Source: Balanoglossus misakiensis (lineage: Eukaryota > Animalia > Hemichordata). From it: a stretch of DNA of 64,000 nucleotides. Below are positions 26,201-39,800 of this stretch, piece by piece. How positions within the stretch are numbered: position 1 is the first letter of the stretch; every line of letters starts with the position of its first letter. The translations under genes were made by a program, and so were the position numbers. The stretch spans positions 6,770,791 to 6,834,790 of the forward strand of contig CM082596.2 in NCBI GenBank assembly GCA_040954595.2, written 5' to 3'. The notes under the pieces were generated by a model. It had not been told where the DNA came from, made no database searches, and worked only from the letters and a program-made list of their open reading frames with translations.

Positions 26201-29200
26201 AGAGTCAGGTTCAGATGGAAGTTAGTGCTTACCAGTCATTGCCAGGCACGACGTGATCCCCCCTCCCAACAGTGGTTCCATCCACTCCTTTTTCTGTTCC
26301 TCGTTTGCGCACTGCCTCAGCATCTCAATATCCGGAGCATCTATAAGAACCAGAGTACACCACAACAATGACAAGATGCATTGCGGTAAAAGTTGCATGG
26401 CTTGAGAAGAACAAATAAACTTCCTGAATATACGCGCTCAATTAGGTCAAAATGTTCATTTAAGAAACAAATGAAATACTTCTTAAGAAAAAGTATAGTT
26501 TGACTTTTTTCTTTTGTATGTATTACTATTAACCAAGTGTTCTACTGTTCACCATGAGGGGGGTGGACTTGACTATAGTGCGAGTGCACTATTTTTCCTA
26601 CCTCCTTTTTTCACTTTATCAGTACATTGTTCACCATTCGATGTAAAAATTGAAAGTGAAATAAAAATTGAATTGAAAGACAACATTCTTACTTGGCGCA
26701 GCACAGTTGAAAGTGACTGGAGCAATGGGACTTCTGCCAAGTTCCTCGGCAATCAGGGCGTAGTCCAGCTGCTTCAACCCACTGATTGGTTGAAAGAATA
26801 AGTTCCACAGTCCCTCCGCCTTAGCTTTGGCCTGTAATAGTGTAAGAAAGCATTGTTTAATTGAATGCTGCAGTACTGGTGCTAGGGCAGGTTCCCCCTG
26901 AACATTTCACCCAACTCTATACCAAAACCCAAACCCTAAGCAGTGGATTGGCAGTGTCCTGGTTGTAGATGACTGAGGGGTGCCCATCCTAATAACACAT
27001 CCAGTGTCAGTCCCAAAGAAATAGTAACCACAAAATACGTTTAAGTGTAACACTGTAACATCGTTAGGGAAAGATTTGCTTACATGTACTGGTACATGTA
27101 TGTATTGCATTCTGCATGCATAGTCCTGTCTAAGGTTTTCCCAATACTTCTCCCGAATATGACCTGAAATTGCAACTTACCCTAAGTTCATCTATAACCT
27201 TTGGAAGGAACCACTTCATTGGAGCAGACTCTAGTTCTTTTTCAAATCTCTATAACAAACAAAAAATTAAAATAGGATGCTTTAGTCATCCAATACAATG
27301 GATATACACACATGAACATATTTCGACTTTGTGCACAGACTCAGTAACATTGTGAGCTATACTGATTAATTTTTGACAAAAGAAATATCACCTCTTCTGC
27401 TGGGTACACGTGTTCCTTCATGAATTTCTTCACCCTCTCGTACGTTTCTTTCCCCTTGGGTGACTTGGCATAGGGGTCGAGGACTGGCATTACTTCATCG
27501 GTGGACTTAATCAGGTTAATGTCAGGATCATAAACAGAACTGCAAAGAAAAAAAAAGAAAAATGAAAAGTAAAGTACAACTGAACGCAATTGGCAAAAAC
27601 ATCAACCATTTGTTGAAAAAATGGGAAATTTCAGAATAATGGTCTATTACACATAATCATGATGGGACATTACTGCTTTATAACGAAGAAAGAAATAATT
27701 GATGTGGTCACTTTTTGGATTTTAATAAGCATTTATAGTGTTGTTAACATTAAAATTGTTGTTAAGTGCCTTGAGCACAATTTTGGATATGCACACTATA
27801 TAAGCACTCACTATTATCACTATTATAAAAACAAAGTTACCAAAACAGACTGTACTAAATATCTGTGATTTGACACCTTAATTCCAAGTAAAAATGCAGT
27901 ATACAGATTAAGCAAGAATTTGACATGACATAATGTTACCTGTAGAGTAGTTTGAGCGCCAAATCACCCAGCGGTCGAACCCAGCCACCTGTTCTCTCAG
28001 CAGTCTCCTTGACAGCACTAGCAATGCCCACTGTGAATCTTTTGTAAACACCCTATTTGAGCAAAAAATACAGCAATAATAATTACGTTCCAATTTTAAC
28101 CAGGACTGATACACAACTATGTGTGTACCATATGACATCATGCTATACAGTGTCCAGAATGATTTCTAAGTAAGAGAACACATCTACATATTCCTTAGAA
28201 AGCAAGCTGGGATGCCATGCACTATCCAAACGGAATCTATGCAAAATTTAAGTTGACCTTGGGCTAACCTGATAAAGATCAGTTAAACAGAGAGGCTCCA
28301 TCTTTTTACTTGGCTGGACCAAGGAGAATCTCTTACAGTTCATTTCCACCAGCTGGCCAGTGGAAAAAAACACTTGCCCAAACATTCTAGAAACAGAATG
28401 TCTTACCTGCGCAACAGCAGCTATCTTGAACAGACTGATGGCCATCAACACATTCCAGTGTGGGATCGGTGGGGCAATGCCGACAGAGTCACAGTACCAC
28501 TTAATGTACAGTTGTTCAGAGGGAATCCCTTCAGGTCCTGGTTTTGAGGGGAAAATGGCACAGACAGACATACATATAAACCAATGTTTTTTTTTGTATT
28601 GTTCAGCTGATGCCAAGTCAGAACATGAAACCAATAGGCATATACATGTAATACCAAGACTAAACAGTCTCTCTATCAGAATTAGATTTACCTGGTATTA
28701 CAAATAGTGTTGATGTATGGTAAAAATTGTGTGTCTAAGTCTTCGAAAGACCATGGTGCATGCTACCCACTAGAAATCAGTGATTGGCTTTATTTGAACA
28801 GTTGTATACAATGTACCGTTACAAAATTTTCTCACAGTGCAGAATCACACGTAGAAGCCCCATCATGAAGTTTAACATGTCCATACACGAGACCAGGGTC
28901 TATATTAGAAATCCTGGCCACCCACCTTCCATTCCAGCCATTTCTGGGAACATCACCGATTGATAGTAGAACAAACAGCTGTACGAAAAGTCGGCATGTG
29001 GATGTCCGAGGGTTGACAGCTCCCAGTCCAAAACTGCTATCACACGAGGCTGTGTAGAGAGTATTCACACTATGTCAACTTGAAACCCTTCTCTTCCACC
29101 ATTTGGTATGATCCCAGTGTGTTCATTGTTGGAAGATGGACCGATACTGGGAATGTAGGGGTAGGAAGGTTCTGCCTCATCTATGAGGCTCAAAAAATCT

Positions 29201-31535
29201 GTTTCACAGTTTGCCAAAGTACGAAGAGGGGCATAAACCAAACAACTCCAGAAACTAATTAATCAATCAATCAACTGATTGATTGATTGATTGATTGATT
29301 ATTCAGTCAGTCAGATGACGGTACTGACCAATAAATTAATCAATCGATCAGTCAAAGTTTAATCTTACCTCAGTAGGATGGAAGACAACATTATCAAGTT
29401 TGAAATCCCCGTGGATAATAGATGTCTGCTCTTCTTCTGCTGGCAACGTCTTGGGCAACAGCTCCATCAATTTGTTCATGGACTCTATGTTTGATGTTTC
29501 TGAGGCTCTGTACTGTTTAGACCACGTTGCAACCTTCACAGGAAGGAAAAGATGAGAATATTATATATTATACATATGGATGGTCTACAACCAAACTGAC
29601 TGGTCCATTTGATTCCATGTGCAAAGAACAGCCTACTTTTAAAACATTTTTAATTTAGTGCCACCCCTCGTTCAATACATTCCTTTTTTCACAAATTCAA
29701 CTAATTAATGTGAATCTATCAAAACTGTTAATCTGTACACGAAGTTCTGGACTCGCCTGGGACTCATCCCATACACTGCACATAGAACCGTCTTCTATAA
29801 ATGGCCCTACTTTATGAATAATCCTATCATATTGCGATGTGCATGCATTTCTTGGACACTTACTGTTCTCTTGCAGTAATTTCCCACTTTGCCATAACCT
29901 GCCAATCCGAGTTGTCGCCAGTCAATCTTGTGCAGTCGGGCATGGACTTCGTTCAGGGCTTTGAACAGAGCCTGCCGTTCTTCCGGGCTGTAATCCAGGA
30001 GCCAGAAATCCCGGAATATCCGACCCTACAAATGTGAGAACATATAAATTGAGGATTCCTCAGATCTTGCAGACCGTCCTGAACTCAACTAAGATTTGCC
30101 CTTAACCTGGGGCCACATACTTACATGCATATGTTCCATAACATAGAATTCTGTACCAATGATAGATGCATCTCCACAGAAGATGTACTGTTTCGGCACT
30201 GGATAGCCGACACTATAGAGGGCGCTCTGTATTCTAAATTCTCTATCAATCTGTGTGGGTGACAGAATAAAAAGGGTAAGTGCATATTTTTTTCTTTACT
30301 GAGAGAAGAAAACTTTGCTTGAATAACAAAAGTCTACTTTACTTTACTTTACTTTATTTTACAGAATTTAAAGAATGCATCAATCAAACCCATTGAATTC
30401 ACTTTGAGGCAGATTTGTTATAACTCCTATATATATTATGATATTTCAGATGACAATTTGAGATATCATTTACATAATGGGAGTAATTCTAATGATAATT
30501 CGGTTCTGTTATTTTGACAATAGAACTCTGAGTTTCTGTACATGTTTCTATGAAGTAATCCCAGTTGGGTAGATGAAAATGAAATGCGAGAACGATGCAA
30601 AATTGTAAAATCATTATTAAATGTCTTACTTGATGAGCTCCCCTCAGCAGTTTACCTGGTGGTTTCTTTCTCAAGACAAACTCCTTCTCGTCTTTCTTGA
30701 GATAGAATGTTGGATTTGATTGGCCAGATCTGCAGAACAAAACATTCACAATTAAATTATTGCATAGTGCAGGGCATAAGAAAAAGAGAACTTTACAGCT
30801 AATTCTGAAATAGACACACAACCCCTAAAATACTTAAGACTAAGAAAGTGCTGGATTTTAAAATGCTGCTTATCATTGAGCCATTCAGTAGACTGTAGAG
30901 TACATGTACTCCTGCAATCGATAAGTTGCATGCATTTCTCTCATAGTCTATTCCACAAATTCAACTACTCAACGCGCAAATTTCTTCTTCAAAATAGACT
31001 AGTGTCATATTTTCATATCAACAAACATGCACAAGTAGCAAATATTTGCAAGGAGCTACAAAAACCGAAAGGTGCGAGAAAGTGCATCGACCCCCAGTTG
31101 CAGCGAACAATTACAGGTCAAAGGTCGATTAGGGTCAATCAGGACATGGGTACGTCGCGGAGGTTACGAGGCAAAGTTTTGTGCCTGGCGATCGACCAGA
31201 CGCAAAGCGGTACTGACATTTCATTAAGCCTTTTATGTGTGTTTTGCAGGGGAAACAAGGTACCTCACATTTGGCCCAAATGTGAAATTTAACGGCACTG
31301 AGCTCAGACCACTGAACTGCGCTGACCCGAAGTCGGGTCACAGTATTGCAGACGATCGTGAGAGTCGCTGCCATACGGTCGTAAACAAACAAAAACTGAG
31401 GCAACTATACCTATATTGGCGAACTAGCAACTGCGAGTTGGTCTTTGGAAACTCTGGCACGCTTTCAACGAGGTAGCGGTGTAGTTTTTCCTCGTCAAAG
31501 CGATGTTCTTTGCGGACATTGCTGGTGTCAGCCAT
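23291..31535 (-). CDS. ACAD11: ACAD11-like bifunctional APH-kinase + acyl-CoA dehydrogenase, 19 exons, ~772 aa, C-terminal PTS1 (-ARL)
   Basis: Minus-strand exons 31535-31411, 30729-30630, 30250-30125, 30025-29864, 29533-29369, 29049-28926, 28537-28407, 28052-27940, 27539-27392, 27249-27181, 26831-26693, 26340-26233, 26130-26032, 25755-25689, 25443-25358, 24958-24890, 24650-24496, 23975-23859 and 23506-23291 are all GT-AG and in frame (2319 nt). Motifs include [52 protein letters not shown] and DGPDEVH. There is no N-terminal HAD domain, so it is ACAD11-type rather than ACAD10. Confidence 0.93.
29260..29300. repeat. (ATCA)n/(TGAT)n inverted microsatellite
   Basis: AATCAATCAATCAAC followed by TGATTGATTGATTGATTGATTGATT in ACAD11 intron 5. 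Confidence 0.8.
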
Positions 31536-31788
31536 TTCGGTCAACTGAAACGCTGGGGATACCCTCTTGGTACCCTTAAGTTATTAGGAATTCCACAGCA
31601 TCACATTTTCGGAGTATATTGTGGTTTATATGCGCGTTATTAACTTCCAACAGAAACTCATTTTGGATCAGAAGATACTAATTTGTTTAAAGGTTCACGA
31701 TTTTAGCACATTTTCATGGTAACGTCCATATTTACGGACGTAACTAAGTACTATATGAATCAATGGCGTCTTAAGTGCCCTCGGTTGA

Positions 31789-31796
31789 TGACGTCA
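31789..31796. promoter_or_regulatory. CRE palindrome (TGACGTCA) in the CpG-rich ACAD11 promoter
   Basis: Perfect CRE about 250 bp upstream of the ACAD11 ATG. Confidence 0.35.
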
Positions 31797-32550
31797 CAGC
31801 CGGGATTCCCTCGGCTCGCACCCACATCATCAACCGCGAGACCTTGAACCTTGGACGCGATACTTCGTCTTTTCCCGACCGCGGAACCGAAAAAAATGAT
31901 CTTGCCGAGAAGCTTCCGTACAGCGAGACCGAGAAATTGTCTAAATGTCATTCTTACACAATATCAGGTGTGCTTGCGAATGTATAGACGATCATGTGCT
32001 CAAAAACACGCACTTAATATACTGTGCCCTATATACACGTTGTATGTACTGTAGATTTTTTTTCAGTCAAATAATGTTCAAACACTGCGTTTGTGTTTGA
32101 ATTGACAACCTGTGTATTCATAGCCAGAACTGCTACTGTTCAACAACAACAACACCAACGTCTACAGACAGACATATATGTACATGATGTACAGAAGCCA
32201 AACACAACTCGAGCATGGCAGATATGAACATGAAGATGTGTAACCCAGCGGAAATCGCCAAGGTTAAATCGATACTTTAGTAATAGCCGACATGTCAGTA
32301 ATGCTGTAATAGCACTTATATGTGTAATTATAAGGCAGTAAAATTAAAGTTGATGACCGTGGCATGAAAAAAATATACCGGTCGTGGGGGAGGGTCCTTG
32401 CTTCGGTATGTCCATGCATGTGTGTGTATGTATGTATGTACGTGTGTATGTGTGTGTATGTACTAGTATGTGTTTGTTTGTGTGTTTGTTTATATAGCTT
32501 GTATTTTTACGAGTTGTGATGTATTCAATGGCTTGATGCATAACTGTTCA

Positions 32551-32564
32551 CCCATAGAGGGCGC
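32551..32564 (+). promoter_or_regulatory. CTCF-like site (forward)
   Basis: CCCATAGAGGGCGC matches CCASYAGRKGGCRC at 12/14; intergenic between ACAD11 and Wnt3. Confidence 0.5.
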
Positions 32565-35500
32565 CATATAGCATCGATCCACGTTGCAATGCTGAGTCAC
32601 TTTTCCTTTGAATGTCTCTATGGGGATCGACAGTGGACAAACTTAAGCCCAAAGTATTATAAAAAAATCAGAAATCGCCTTTGTCAAAGAGAAATATTTA
32701 CGTATTTCCCGAACGACGCGCGCATTCCCTGACGCAGGGGCTATCCCAAGGTAAATGGAAGAGCGAGACCTTATAGCAAAAAAGACATAAACAAGCTTTA
32801 ACGCATCTTTTAAATATTACGATGTGAACTTCCGCCAATTTGTACTTCCTATGATCTGAGTAATAGCATCGCGCAATGGCCCAACTGTCGACCTTGCTGA
32901 CCTTGTTTGTGTTATGAAGCATTGTCAAGGGCTTGAATATCAAGGGCAGATGTACAATTTGGTTCGTCTTTGGGGGAAACAGATTAGTATTCGGGATGAA
33001 GGCTTACATGTATATTAAGCATTTTAGCTCTGCACGTACTCTGATCGGATAATGAAATGCAAAGTGTGATATCCTCCTTAACTTACAGAATGATTTCAAT
33101 ATCAGTAAATGTAATAACGAAATGTTTACAACTTTGAAGTGAAAATATAACATAGAACATTAATAACGGATAATTTTCTAATTCCCTGCACGACCTTTAG
33201 AGAAAATGTCTGACGACAGGTAATATAACATTTTAACTGTTAAAATAATTTTATGTTAAAATACATGATTTCGTGACCTATTCAGAGAACAAGACTCACG
33301 AGGTTGTTTTCCAAATTGGAACCACCTGGCCTTTCGATGGGAAATCGATTACAGTCTTGCTTTTCGATTCATAGCGAAAGAACAACCGATCCGTTAAATT
33401 AAAAAAATATTAGGAGCCGAACGGACATGCGCACGAAATACAAGCGAAAATACTATCAAACTTGAACGGCGTTCATAAAATGACACCGGCGCCTGCGCAC
33501 GAGCAGCTGCTTTGACGGAGAAGTAAGCCGGCGCACGCCATTAAAAAAAACACTGGCAGAGGACAGCAGCGGATGTGCCTCGTAAAAGCGGCTTATGAAC
33601 AAATTTAAAGATGGCTCAAGTGCCTCTCTGCTTCTCAATTATTTCTTGTTTGTGGCCTTGCCTAAGCCTCGTATGAGTTGACCACGTTGCCGAGATAAGC
33701 GTGGGCCCCTCTCTGCATATGAATATTTGATAGAAATTGCCGAGAGCGTTAACAGAGTGAAGGATACACCTCGGCCCGATTCACGTACATCACGTATGCC
33801 AGACAATTAACGCTGGGTGGTGGAAGGAGAAACTCGCCATAATTTATGTTTTTTTGCAAACGTTACATCTGTTTACATGTAGGAGGGAATGCGCTTACAA
33901 TATATCTTGTGAGAAATTACTCTTCGAGTTTGCACATGGTACTCAAGGCGGGGGGGGGGGGGGCTTGAACTCAATGACGGCGTTGGATTATGTTCATCGA
34001 TTTCAGGCTTAAACCCATTTTCTCCGAATTAATATGGATCCATGGCCTTGAACTTCGGTTTGCGAGAATGACGGGAGAGTTCTGAATGCAAATCGCGGAG
34101 CCTGGGGTTGAATGCTAGTCGTATTTGCGTTCTCGGTGTACAACCGATGGGGTAAAATAGGGTGGGAGGGGGTCATCTCGTAAATTTGGGAACAAACTTG
34201 ATGGAAATCAACGCAGTATACGCACCACGGTCTATCGATAATGTTATGGGTGCATAAACGTACCAGTCCCTCTGTATGATTACTTCATCATATTTCATCC
34301 TTTGATGTAACTTTTTAGGGTATGATCGGAATTTGGCATCGCCCAAACAAGACAAAAGAAAAAGACAAAGCAAAGCAATAAAATCAAAGGCGGTCTGAGT
34401 CTGGTGGAGTGGAACCCTACCAGAGACCCTTATTAAGAAATTGAAGACAACGGGAAAAAAAATCCAATTTGCTGTTATTGAAAGTATGTTGCTGTAAGAA
34501 TATCCGGAGTTTTATACTGGGACACTGGCGTACATCATAAACAAGGCATTTGGTTTACGGCGACGTTTGAACTTGAAATCCGACAAAGTTCACATCGTGA
34601 CGTCACCATCTTGGGCAAGCGACACCGTAAATCTCGGCTCGCGTTTTTCAAATAAATATCTCGTGAAATACACTTAGGGAGTCGAAAGGCCATGTCAGCG
34701 TTTCTCGCTCACATCTGTCCACTAGCTTTCGTCAGCACTGTCTTATGGGTACGAGAAGCTGGCGTGCAGGCGCATGTGGTGACATCACTTGTCAATTTTC
34801 CACGCATGCGTGCAATGTAAACCGTGTCGGCGTAACCGCAAAATTCATGAAAAAGCATTCGCCCTATACTAGTTCGTAACGCAAGGGGAAAAAAACATCT
34901 CCTCTTATGCCCATTCAATTGTTTCCTTTGTAGCCATGGAGCATTTTATTTCGCAATAAATGGCCAACCGATGAAAAGGCTAAATTCTTCTCGTAGTCAT
35001 GGCAGTCAATGATTTCTCCTTTTTCTTCAAAAGTAATTTTTTGACGATTTTGACGAGTAGGTGACGATCGCCCCCATACCCCGCGCGTGATGTCCTTGCA
35101 TTGGAGAAAAAGCCAACTTGTGTGGTCTCGCTGAAAAGGTAGAGACGAACATTGGCATCTTCCCGCCACTTGCCAAGCTTCCGCGCTCAAAACATTCAGC
35201 GTCGCTGTGAGAAAGTTCGCACTTCAGTTTAAAACCATTGTTCGGGAATTCATTTTTCGGACCGAGGAATCAATGCTGGCGGCGCGCCGTGACGTGTCAA
35301 TAACACCACCGATGTCCAAGTCAATTTCACACCGCTCGTTTTAATTGTAATATATAAGATTCGGGGTCGCACTTTTTTTCTCCTTTGCTGGAGAGATCTT
35401 TCTCTTGGAGTCTCTTCACGAGAAACAGAAAGTAAAATATGCTTCGGGGCACGGGATCTTGTTTAACACGCATTCATCCCACGCATTAAGTTTTCATAAT

Positions 35501-36832
35501 CAAAATATGCATTTTTATGATAATTGAAAATCAGCGACATAAACGGAAAGTAGCGTTTTCATGTCTGGTCATAAAGACATAAAGGCACGATCGCTGCGTC
35601 GAATGGGCAGACACGAGCGCCAGAAAAAGTCGCCGTGGCTGCATTTAATTCTCCCGGCTTGGTTGAAGGTTTCCCGGAGATTTGCACTGGAAAAAAATAA
35701 AAAGGAAGTGCGCCTAAACCTAGTCACACGAGCCAAACTCGACGTGGGAGAGAAAGAGAGCGCTGTTTTTACACGACGCGCAGCGTCCGCGTTACCTCCG
35801 AAGAATTGCGCGAAATCGCCGATTAAGGGCCTGTTGTGGGAATAACGGCGATTTGTGATGTGGTTTCAACCACGTGCCCAGTGAAATGGATACAAGTCCG
35901 ACAACATGAATTATATCCATTGTGGTGCGATGGGGGCTCTTTATTCTCGTTCGATGACCCGGTAGTTTGTTTATCAATTTGAAGAAAAAAAAGAAATCCG
36001 AAAGAAAATAGGGGAAAGGGACAAGAAATTTATGACTGTAGAGGGATGGTGACGCTCGCGCATACTCGTGTAATAGATACGGGTTTGAAGACGAGTACCA
36101 TGTTCGTATCATTGTTATCACCTTGTCAATATCCAACGCGCTGTGTTTAGCCGGCCCCTTTGTATAAAGGAGTCGCCCAGCAGTCCAGAGTTTTTTTATT
36201 GAAATCTTAGGGCACTTTAAAGCGGGGTTTCTTATCGATTCAGTTCGCGAAGAAGCCGGCTGGGTGACTCATCGCATCCCGCATTACTCGGATTGCTTTA
36301 ACGGTCGACGAGCGCGAAATTTGCACCATGGGACAACGACGCGGCAGCGCAAATATATGACGCAGATCCCGGATAGGGCGAAAAAGTTTCTCCGAGCATT
36401 ATCATCGCTTGTGTGTTGTTTTTTTTCTTCCTCCGCCTCCCGCGAGCGGCTCTATCATGCGAAGAGGGTGGCAAAGCAGCGTATTTACGTGAAAAGTCGT
36501 CAATTTTAATTACAAGTAGAAAACGTATAAGGCCAAGCCCTCGCCAGCCAATATGACGAATCGTATGGTTGTTACACACAATTCGTATCTCATTGATATT
36601 ACAATGATACGGCTTTCTCACTGGGTGTCAAAATAACTTGCCAGTGCGGCCGCACTAACTGGACCATTACCGAAGTCGCTTCCGAGAGACGTGTATACGT
36701 TGAACGGCCAACCGTTTTTTTTTTTCGTACCAAGACTGAGAGATTATCCCCCCGCGTTATATCGCCGACCGGGCCGAACTTCACGGATTCGACGCTGCTC
36801 TGGATAGATTCACACTACTGCTGGCGTACGAC

Positions 36833-39800
36833 ATGGTGGTGGCTCGATTCCTGTTCTCCACGCTTCTCTTGTCGCAAGTCGCGGGGGCTCCGAACGTTGG
36901 CATGTGGTGGTAAGTACAACTCACTATATACATATACATGTACATGTGTGTGTGCGTGTGTGTGTCAGTAGTTACTTGGGGAGCAAAAAAACGTGTCGTT
37001 GACCATTCAACTGTTGACAGGTTATGATTACCTCGCACCCTTCAACCATTTCCACTTTTCGGAGGGGATTTCTCACGCGGACGCGTTTCCCGAATACCGC
37101 ACTCGTATAAGTCGGGTGATTTATGTACTAGGCAACCCGCCAATGTTTAACTAACCCCGACGCTTGAGGGGGAAAACACCACCAAACGGCAAAACTGACG
37201 TTATACGCTTGCCTCTCATACCGTACCCCAACGGTAGTACAATGTATTGTGTTGGCAAAGTTGCTGTTCTCCGATCCCGAGCGGGTGTTTGGAAACAGAC
37301 CAGACTCCGCGAGCCGCGAGGAACTCGAGACGCCCGGGGTTCACCCAGCTCAGGTACCTGTGCCCAAGGGTCGACCTGAGAAACTCTCGCCACGGTAAGT
37401 TGGTCAGGTTAAAACAAAATGAAAAGTTGCCACTTGTTACGAGGGGTCGATTAGTTAAAGTCGACGGGCTCGGCTGCCCGGCCTCCACGTGTCTCCCCCG
37501 TCGTCTCGGGTGACACCCTATAATTCGCGGAGACGGCAAAACAGCTCTTCAAGCATGTCGTGTGTATAATGACGAGATTTATTGCATATTTCTTGTTGGC
37601 GATCAGAGCTGATTAACCCGGGCCCTGCCCCGTGTCGAGGGTACGCTCCGGTATCCATCAAAGCAGAAACCGGTCACACTGAGCGGACCGTTGCAAGTGG
37701 TACTAACTATCAGGACGGATACTTAGCGCTGTCCGCGCTGCGAGGGAAAACACACCAAGTTTGCCCGTGGTCGTCAGGGGCTGTCGCTGTTGACACGACA
37801 CGCCACAACAACCGGACTCTTTGGCAGTGTTCTTGTTTAAAAGTATGTCAACTAGAGGACCTAACTGTCACTTTCCTGAATCTCAGAAAGAAACGAAACA
37901 AACTCCGCCTGGGGAAACCGCGTGACCACTCAACTCGGCTCTTGAAGACGCTAGCAAAAAAAAAGCAATCCCTTTACTTTTCCAAAAACAGCCGCGTTCA
38001 ACGCTCTTCTGTCACCCGTTATTTTCTTCCCCTCTGAAGATATAAAATAATTTTATGGGTTTACACGTCTTCTTTATAAAATAATCACTCAAGCTCGGCT
38101 TGTAAACATCAAAAGTATAACGTTGCGTGTTTACCTACTAACTTTTCAAGATAGGTGTTAGCTGATGGGCCACGGCGTGGGAAAGGACGCACACTGCACA
38201 AAGCAAGGCCGTTTCGATTTACGCTTGAGAGTTGGCATTTATAATTAAACGTAGTAACCATCTGGGGATTTTCTTGAGACAATAGCGACTGGTTAATATG
38301 AGGGCATAATTGACAAAATTGATACAAGCCAGTTTTATGATATTAAAAGCTTGAAAAATAATGAACTTGAAATATAATATACATATCATTTCACGTAAAA
38401 ACCTGAAATTGTCTGTTATATATGTATAACATTAATGCTGTTTTAAGACACATATAAAATATAAATACCTGATATATAATATACATACATACATACATAC
38501 ATACATACATACATACATACATACATACATACATACATACATACATACATACATACATACATACATACATACATACAGACAGACAGACAGACAGACAGAC
38601 AGAAACACACATACATCTTCGCGGAGACATACAAAAGCAAGCGGGCTTCTTGACGGGCACATCCCTTCCCTATTTTTAAGAGAAAATTAAAGAGGCGGTT
38701 GGGGAGACATTACAATATCAATACCCCTCAAAACTTGTTCTATAGAAGAAGGACAAGTTTTGTTTTTGTACGTGTGAAAACACGAAACGGATAGGGAATT
38801 GACTTCAGGCGGAGAAAGGAGACTATTGTATCGATGTTCATCAATTTTGTCAGTGGTAGGAGGGACATCGCGAAATCTCTTGTCTTTTGGACCAGCAGCC
38901 GGGGATAAAGGACGTTTATCGAGAAAGTTACGCAACGGGGGCAATGTTGGGGATTACACGCTCTCAGTGATTGTGGTCCTTCAATGGGCTGATAGTGTTT
39001 TTTTTTCAGTGGGTCTTAAAGTCGCTTTCTATTGACAAAACACTTGTAACTGATAAGGCGAAATCCCATTGTACAGCGGTCTTTTTAGCAATTTGTCCGA
39101 TGAGGGGGCATTGATAAAAAAAGTCGATTCCATTCAAGATGCTGGAGACAAGCAAAAAGGCGAGGGAGCATTGTAGGCAGCATTTAAGTGTTTCTTTTCA
39201 GAGCTCGACGCGAGGGTGTGTTTGTTTCTGTCCTGTTATAGGGCCACTGTTTGTGTGTTCAGATTGGATTATAGCGCCCGGGCAATTGTTGTTAATTGAC
39301 AGTTGCACAAATACACGCGAAAAGCAGCGGCCATCAGCTAGCGCGGTCCGGTCATTGAAATCAACACAAGCCGGACGGACACGCCCCTCCCCCCTTTCCC
39401 CCTACGCCACACTCGCATACTCGACGTTTACGGTGACATTTCATTGTGACAAGCATTGAAACATCTCTCCGCATTCACTGTACGAGACCAACCGTGGTTT
39501 GGTGGCAGTACGTACAAAGAAACACGCAGAAAATATTCGCTATCTCAGAGTAACCACTAAGCATGCTTACCCCCTCCCCATCAGACAATGGCCGTGCCCT
39601 AGCACGAAACCCATCATTTAAAAACACAACAAGACTTGTTCTTTTTATTCTACGGCAATACACTGAGATAAACACAACAGAGCGCATTTTTGGGGTGATT
39701 TAGGTCATCGGTTAAGATTTGTCGGTTTGCAGACTGCCACTCTGATCTCCAGTTTACATATCTCCTGCACAGCAAACAATTAAACACCGCTCTTGTCAAT

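Noticed and set aside
31760-32054. CpG-rich short ORFs divergent from ACAD11
   Set aside because: No ATG-led homologous ORF; best explained as promoter sequence.
38391-38662. ORFs with MYVC repeats (and IHSF repeats at 44591-44920)
   Set aside because: Translations of tetranucleotide microsatellites.
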